Assembly (NCBI GenBank): GCA_964538855.1
Contig: CAZIEY010000001.1
Span: 82,811 to 146,810 of the forward strand
Source of the DNA: an uncultured Candidatus Saccharibacteria bacterium
GTDB taxonomy: Bacteria; Patescibacteriota; Minisyncoccia; Phycocordibacterales; JAACPR01
Direction of reading: 5' to 3'
Length of the DNA stretch: 64,000 bases
Below are positions 59,046 through 64,000 of the stretch, piece by piece (position 1 is the stretch's first letter; each line of letters starts with the position of its first letter). Both the position numbers and the translations under genes were made by a program. The notes under the pieces are model-generated. The model saw only the letters and a list, made by a program, of their open reading frames with translations, was not told the origin of the DNA and did no database searches.

Positions 59046-59522
59046 TCATCCTGGAGCAAATCGATACACACGACTATCGACACGCCAATTACTAGAGACT
59101 CCAAAATAGCTAATATCTAGAGACCATGAGTTACCAGACCCATACAGAAAGATAACCTGTTTCCGACCTCTACAATCTAAAGCAAAGAATATATTTGCCA
59201 TACGATCAATTAAGATATCTTGCGCTCCTTGTATGTTGAGCACCAAAAGAGCGCAAACGTCTGCGATATCGGTCAGTGCGTCAGGACCTCCAAGTGTGAG
59301 TGCAGCAAAAAGATCCTGATTGTTCAGTTCCACTTCCAAATCTCCACACCACACGTCATGAGCCGGCATGGCAGAATAAGTATTGGACCCGAACGCCTTG
59401 TCAAAAGCCAGTGAAGTATCAATCATCAGCCCAGGTGCAACACCACTCACCAAATGCCTACCGACCACAAACTCAGTGGGGCGAGCAGGAATAGAGAAAG
59501 TGCCATGAGGTTTAATGGACAT
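59046..59522 (-). CDS. Hypothetical ORFan
   Basis: AAGGAG RBS before MSIKPH; ANIFF..W....W C-terminus. Confidence 0.6.
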   Translation of the reverse strand: MSIKPHGTFSIPARPTEFVVGRHLVSGVAPGLMIDTSLAFDKAFGSNTYSAMPAHDVWCGDLEVELNNQDLFAALTLGGPDALTDIADVCALLVLNIQGAQDILIDRMANIFFALDCRGRKQVIFLYGSGNSWSLDISYFGVSSNWRVDSRVYRFAPG

Positions 59523-59615
59523 GTGAGACTCTCCTTCTTTCAAATAACAAGAGATTAAGAGCCGATACGGGCGCACCCATATCGTGATAACTCTTATTCC
59601 TTAAACATAATTACA

Positions 59616-60329
59616 TTACCCCAACACCTCTGTCAACTCCCTCACCACCTCCACCGGATCCCCCGCATTTAAAATGAGTGACCCCGTCGCAAAACGCGTC
59701 ACACCAGCATCGCGCAATTTCGGAGCCGTCTCCATAGTCACGCCAATATCAATTGCAATCGGAAAATCCGCGCGACCGAGCGAATCCATTTTCTCACGCA
59801 ACGCACGCACCTTGTCATACACCCGCGCATCGAGTGTCATACCGTGATATCCAATATTGTCATTTCCCATAAATTGAACGCCGTCGGCAATATCCAAATA
59901 TTCATCAAGTGCCTCGTTCGGAGTGCTCGGGTTCAAGGCAAACACCACTTGCACATTGTATTGATTCTTAAGCTCGAACAATTCGGCCTTGTCGCTGTCT
60001 TTCAACGCTTCGATATGAGGAATGATTCGCGTCACACCAGCCGAAATCCAATCGCGAGCAGCGGCGATTTGGTCAATAACCATTAGGTCCACCTCGAAAT
60101 CAAGCTCCTCCCAATACGGCAAGCCGACGTTTTGATTCAACAATTCACGCCAATTTTCGTCTTGCTCGTCGTTATACGGCCATGTTATCGACGGCGCGAA
60201 TTTTCCATCCGTCACATCAATTTGCACAATTTTTGCAGCGCGATGTACATGCCCGATTTCGCTTTCTAAATGCTCAAAGTCTTCGGGCAATATTGCAGGG
60301 ACTATTTCGATTGGTAATTTTTCTGACAT
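59616..60329 (-). CDS. rpe: Ribulose-phosphate 3-epimerase (divergent)
   Basis: IVPAIL, DVTDGKF, LMV, ALNPST, IDIG; next to rpiB. Confidence 0.88.
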   Translation of the reverse strand: MSEKLPIEIVPAILPEDFEHLESEIGHVHRAAKIVQIDVTDGKFAPSITWPYNDEQDENWRELLNQNVGLPYWEELDFEVDLMVIDQIAAARDWISAGVTRIIPHIEALKDSDKAELFELKNQYNVQVVFALNPSTPNEALDEYLDIADGVQFMGNDNIGYHGMTLDARVYDKVRALREKMDSLGRADFPIAIDIGVTMETAPKLRDAGVTRFATGSLILNAGDPVEVVRELTEVLG

Positions 60330-60354
60330 GTTTTTGTTTTATAACGCGGCGCGT

Positions 60355-60840
60355 TTACATTCCGATCTGATCGATTTTTTGAATTCGTCGAATGTGACGT
60401 TCGTCACCAGAAAAATCAGTCTCGAGCCACAGTTCAACTGCTTCGAGTGCTTCTTCTGTCGTCAAAAATCGCGCACCGAGCGACAGCACGTTCGAATCGT
60501 TGTGCTGACGAGAAAGTTCGACAACGTTCGGTACTTCGCGACCATCAACAGGTTCCGGCTGACCGATGAAAAGTCCAGCTCGCACACCTTTAACACGATT
60601 TGCAACAATCATTTCGCCCTGTCCTGACCCACCAATCACGATGCCAACGGCTTCTGGATCAAGCGACACGTCGAGCGCCACCGGATAACAATAGTCTGGA
60701 TAATCATCCTCCTCGTCATATTCGTATGGGCCATGATCAATCACTTCGTAGTCACGCTTTTCTAAAAACGCAACAATTTCTTTTTTAAGCTCGAATCCCG
60801 CGTGGTCAGAGCCGATAAAAATTTTTCGGATATTTCGCAT
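60355..60840 (-). CDS. rpiB: Ribose-5-phosphate isomerase B
   Basis: GSDHAG, DYPD, GGSGQGE..ANR, RQHNDSNVL, RHIRRI. Confidence 0.96.
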   Translation of the reverse strand: MRNIRKIFIGSDHAGFELKKEIVAFLEKRDYEVIDHGPYEYDEEDDYPDYCYPVALDVSLDPEAVGIVIGGSGQGEMIVANRVKGVRAGLFIGQPEPVDGREVPNVVELSRQHNDSNVLSLGARFLTTEEALEAVELWLETDFSGDERHIRRIQKIDQIGM

Positions 60841-60884
60841 AGATATATTGTATCAAATAAATAAAGAAAGTATGAATTTTGTAG

Positions 60885-60915
60885 TTGACTTTTCCCAAAA
60901 TCACGCTACTATACT
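60885..60915 (+). promoter_or_regulatory. Sigma70-like promoter facing the 3' end of NYN gene 2
   Basis: TTGACT (60885-60890) with TACTAT/TATACT (60907-60915; 16 or 19 bp spacer); no ORF downstream. Confidence 0.55.
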
Positions 60916-60917
60916 TG

Positions 60918-60970
60918 TATCACCTCGAATTGCTCCTGTTGCGGTTTCGTCCGCAATGGGGGCTTTTCAT
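60918..60970 (+). ncRNA. Candidate small hairpin RNA convergent with NYN gene 2
   Basis: GCTCCTGTTGCGG-TTTCGT-CCGCAATGGGGGC-TTTT. Confidence 0.5.
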
Positions 60971-61468
60971 TTAATCTCGCTTAATCAAGTTTTTGATTTC
61001 TGGCAAAAAGGTTAGTTTCGGAGCAAGTCTTTTAATCAAGCTCGAACATTTTTCCTTCCCTCTCGGACTTAATACTATTTGTAACTTATTCTTTTCCTGT
61101 AGAAATTTGATGAGGCACCCAAAATCCCCATCACTCGACACCACAACCATTTTTTCGAAATTATTTTCATAATAATCTCTAACCGCCTTCAAAACTAATT
61201 CCGCATCACAATTCCCCTTTATGTTTCCACGTCCGTCGGGTAAAGTTGGTTTAAATATTAACGTATACCCTTGTTCTTGAAACCGCTTATACCTTTCCTC
61301 ATTACCAGGAACATAACCAGTAAATATGTAGGCAGCTTTAATACGAAATTTATCCCTTAAATAAGTTCTAAATTTGACATAATCAGTAGTGAAACCTTCC
61401 GCCTCGCATCCTTTATAGAAATTTGTATTGTCTATATATGCAACATTTTTTAGATCTTTATTTTCCAC
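60971..61468 (-). CDS. NYN (LabA/DUF88) domain ribonuclease
   Basis: AYIDNTN, KGNCDAEL, SSDGDF; GTG start 7 nt after TATAAT. Confidence 0.92.
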   Translation of the reverse strand: MENKDLKNVAYIDNTNFYKGCEAEGFTTDYVKFRTYLRDKFRIKAAYIFTGYVPGNEERYKRFQEQGYTLIFKPTLPDGRGNIKGNCDAELVLKAVRDYYENNFEKMVVVSSDGDFGCLIKFLQEKNKLQIVLSPRGKEKCSSLIKRLAPKLTFLPEIKNLIKRD

Positions 61469-61574
61469 CTCGTCTATTATACGGACCCGACCTAAAAGCT
61501 TTATAAAGAAACAATCAAGAAATTCTAAAACTGTCTGTATAGCGATTTCCGCACCCTTCATATATAATCAAGCC

Positions 61575-62453
61575 ATGTATATTGTCCTCCAATCACATAA
61601 CACGCCGTCTGTTGACCTCGCGGGTACTGCGGTGGTAAAGGCTTTGCACAAGGCGCATCCAGACGCGAAAATCATCGTCACCAGCAATTTTCCAGAGATT
61701 TGGCTTCATAATCCGGATGTGTGGCGGGTGTATCGGCTTGGACAGACGCCATATTTTTTCGAAGACTTTGTCGAAGGGCGCGACACGAAAATTTTTGCGC
61801 ATGACCCGACAAAATCGAGCGACTATGTAACGGGCGTAAAACACCTCATCGAAGCGTGGTGTGATATGTGCGAGGTGCCGTATTCGGGTGAACTTCCCTC
61901 TTTGCATTTTACTCAACGTGAAAGCGAAGTCGCAATGCGCATGACAAAATCGGACCGCCCGCTGTTTTTCATTCAACCATATGAAATGTACGGCGCAGTT
62001 TCGCAAACTGGCTGGTCATGGCCCAAAGATTTACCAACGGACATTGCTTCAAAAATCGTAAACAAAATGATAGTGGCGGGATATCAACCAGTGCTCATCA
62101 AAAATCAAAACCAACCAGCAATCGCAGGTGCGGGCATTTTACAAATGAGTCTACGTCTCGCCCTTGCGGCGTTGCAATATTCGACAAAACGCCTTTTTGT
62201 AGATTCATTTATGCAAGTTGCAGCGGCGGCGATCGGTAAACCATCGGTTGTGACCTGGCTTTCAACGCATCCACAAAAAACAGGGTACGATATTCATACA
62301 AATATCCTGGCGCGCATCGATACAGACCTCAAAAACATTTTGGATCAATATCACCCATTTTTTGATGTCGATAATAAAATGCTTAATTCTAACGTCGACA
62401 CCAGCCGTGCGTACGACGTGGACGCAATCGTTAAAGCGCTTCTACAAGCATGA
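61575..62453 (+). CDS. GT9/heptosyltransferase-like protein (degenerate N-terminal motif)
   Basis: Paralog of the next gene; FVDSFMQ.AAAA.GKPSVV.W; ATG after TATAAT. Confidence 0.7.
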   Translation: MYIVLQSHNTPSVDLAGTAVVKALHKAHPDAKIIVTSNFPEIWLHNPDVWRVYRLGQTPYFFEDFVEGRDTKIFAHDPTKSSDYVTGVKHLIEAWCDMCEVPYSGELPSLHFTQRESEVAMRMTKSDRPLFFIQPYEMYGAVSQTGWSWPKDLPTDIASKIVNKMIVAGYQPVLIKNQNQPAIAGAGILQMSLRLALAALQYSTKRLFVDSFMQVAAAAIGKPSVVTWLSTHPQKTGYDIHTNILARIDTDLKNILDQYHPFFDVDNKMLNSNVDTSRAYDVDAIVKALLQA

Positions 62454-63349
62454 AATTACACAATACCGACAGATTAATATTTGTAATTTCCGGTGGTACT
62501 GGAAAAAACATCATCGCAACTGGCGTAATTGAGGCCGCACGCAAACAATTTCCCGCTGCCGAAATCATCATTGCAACCCCATGGACCGATGTGTGGCTCA
62601 ATAATCCACACATTAACCGCGCAGTCGATTTCATCAAAGAACCAGACCTCTACAAAAATTATGTGAACAAGCCGAACACGACAGTATTCCTGCACGACGT
62701 ATATCACGAAGAGTCATTTATTCACAAGCGCAAACACTTGACCGAATCCTGGGCGGACATGTGCGGAATCAGATACAATGGCGAAGCTCCAAAATTATAT
62801 TTTACAGATGCGGAACGTGCGGCGACAAAAGCAAAATTGCCGCAGGACGGCAAGCCGTTGTTTTTCATACAGACGTCAGGTGGAGCTCAAAATCAAGACT
62901 ACCCCATTTCGTGGATGCGCGACATGCCACTCTCCATTGCACAGCGCGTTGTCGATAGGATGAATGCACTCGGTTATACGACAGTGCATTTGCGACGGCC
63001 TGATCAGTATGGACTCGATGGGACATTTGTACCGCATTTTACAGTACGCGAATTACTCTGCTCAATAGAATTTTCTAATAAACGCCTATTTATTGATTCA
63101 GTAGCAGAACACGCGGCGGCTGCTCTAGATAAACCATCCGTCATTGTATGGACCGGCAATCGTCCAAATATCTTTGGTTGGAACATACATACAAACTTAC
63201 TTCCTAGAGAAACTCCAAAATTCCGTCATAAAATAGACTCGTACCTGGAACTATACAACATCACTGGCCTTATCCACGAATGTCCTTATGATACAGATGA
63301 ATTGTTTGATGTAGATAAAATTATAACAGAGCTACTTAAACAAAAATAG
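62450..63349 (+). CDS. GT9/heptosyltransferase-like protein
   Basis: GGTGKNII.T..I.A.RKQFP, NNPHI, FIDS..EHAAAALDKPS. Confidence 0.75.
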   Translation: MKLHNTDRLIFVISGGTGKNIIATGVIEAARKQFPAAEIIIATPWTDVWLNNPHINRAVDFIKEPDLYKNYVNKPNTTVFLHDVYHEESFIHKRKHLTESWADMCGIRYNGEAPKLYFTDAERAATKAKLPQDGKPLFFIQTSGGAQNQDYPISWMRDMPLSIAQRVVDRMNALGYTTVHLRRPDQYGLDGTFVPHFTVRELLCSIEFSNKRLFIDSVAEHAAAALDKPSVIVWTGNRPNIFGWNIHTNLLPRETPKFRHKIDSYLELYNITGLIHECPYDTDELFDVDKIITELLKQK

Positions 63350-63362
63350 ACGCACTCCGGAT

Positions 63363-64000
63363 CTATTCCGTTCCTCCAGTTGAAGAGTCGGCACCACTCG
63401 GATCTCCTGATGAATCACCTGCATCAGTAGAGTCGCTTTCGCTAGGTGTTTCAGATGCGTCCGAAACGGAATCGGGTTCTGATGGAGCCTCTACGTCAGA
63501 ATCAGGAGCATCATCAGAAACAATTTCAGAATCGTCAGTCTCGACAGGCACATCCTCTGTCATATCAGTACCATCCCCGTTTTCTGAAGTATTTTCATCT
63601 TCAACTGGTTCTGTAATTTCATCTACACTACCACCATTGCCGACATCGTTCGACTCTTCTGAGGTATCACCTTCTGCAACATCTTCATCTTGTACGTCAT
63701 TATTATCCTCATCATCGTCAACCTCAACTTCTTCACACTCACCCTGTTGGGTTTTCATTTCACCATTTTCAAAGTACACACAAATTGGTTCCCCTGTCTT
63801 TCGATCATAAATAATTAAGCCTGTTTTTTCTGGGTGATCTTCGTTGTTGATAATAACCTCAGAAGCAGTAATTTTCTTCGCGACAACATCCACAAAAGTT
63901 ACGATGCCTTCATAAACTGTTGCGCCGAAAGATTCAAGCCGAGCAAATATATCATCAACTCTATCAGAAAGAGTGATAATCTCTTCGGATTGAGCATCGA
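63363..64000 (-). CDS. C-terminal part of a large protein with acidic low-complexity tail (begins outside the window)
   Basis: Frame open to the window end; IYDRKTGEPICVYFENG..GEC then D/E/S-rich tail. Confidence 0.7.
   Translation of the reverse strand, partial: DAQSEEIITLSDRVDDIFARLESFGATVYEGIVTFVDVVAKKITASEVIINNEDHPEKTGLIIYDRKTGEPICVYFENGEMKTQQGECEEVEVDDDEDNNDVQDEDVAEGDTSEESNDVGNGGSVDEITEPVEDENTSENGDGTDMTEDVPVETDDSEIVSDDAPDSDVEAPSEPDSVSDASETPSESDSTDAGDSSGDPSGADSSTGGTE

Noticed and set aside
1-64000. Alternative genetic code (TGA read as Gly)
   Set aside because: Conserved genes are intact under code 11 and several (dus, parB, pheS-adjacent genes) end normally at TGA.

Overview
Chromosomal window from a small-genome bacterium, most likely Patescibacteria/CPR (Parcubacteria-like). 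This is inferred from the short EF-Ts, N-truncated PheS, PheT without the OB-fold, split transketolase, murE-fem pair and many apparently leaderless genes. 0-18 kb is accessory: NUDIX/MazG/UDG/HhH house-cleaning genes, SET and DOT1-like methyltransferases, a P1B ATPase and surface proteins. 19-61 kb is mostly housekeeping (dnaX, dus, serS, dprA-topA, parB, murE, miaA, gyrB, pheST, tsf-rpsB, prfA, r-proteins, fba/tkt/rpe/rpiB) with four tRNAs. Main observations: (1) a ~180-230 bp structured non-coding element at the 3' end of three of the four tRNA genes, with target duplications, conserved motifs and compensatory stem changes; (2) three orphan ribonuclease genes (two NYN, one PemK/MazF), each faced by a promoter driving a short hairpin RNA toward its stop codon, the two NYN hairpins sharing a GG-TTYCGT-CC loop (candidate RNA-antitoxin system); (3) an NlpC/P60 peptidase domain with intact catalytic residues inserted into PheT; (4) long inverted repeats downstream of three ribosomal protein genes, two sharing a core in opposite orientations; (5) two promoter-driven structured ncRNA candidates between dus and dnaX. 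All calls are by eye; no searches or folding computations were run.
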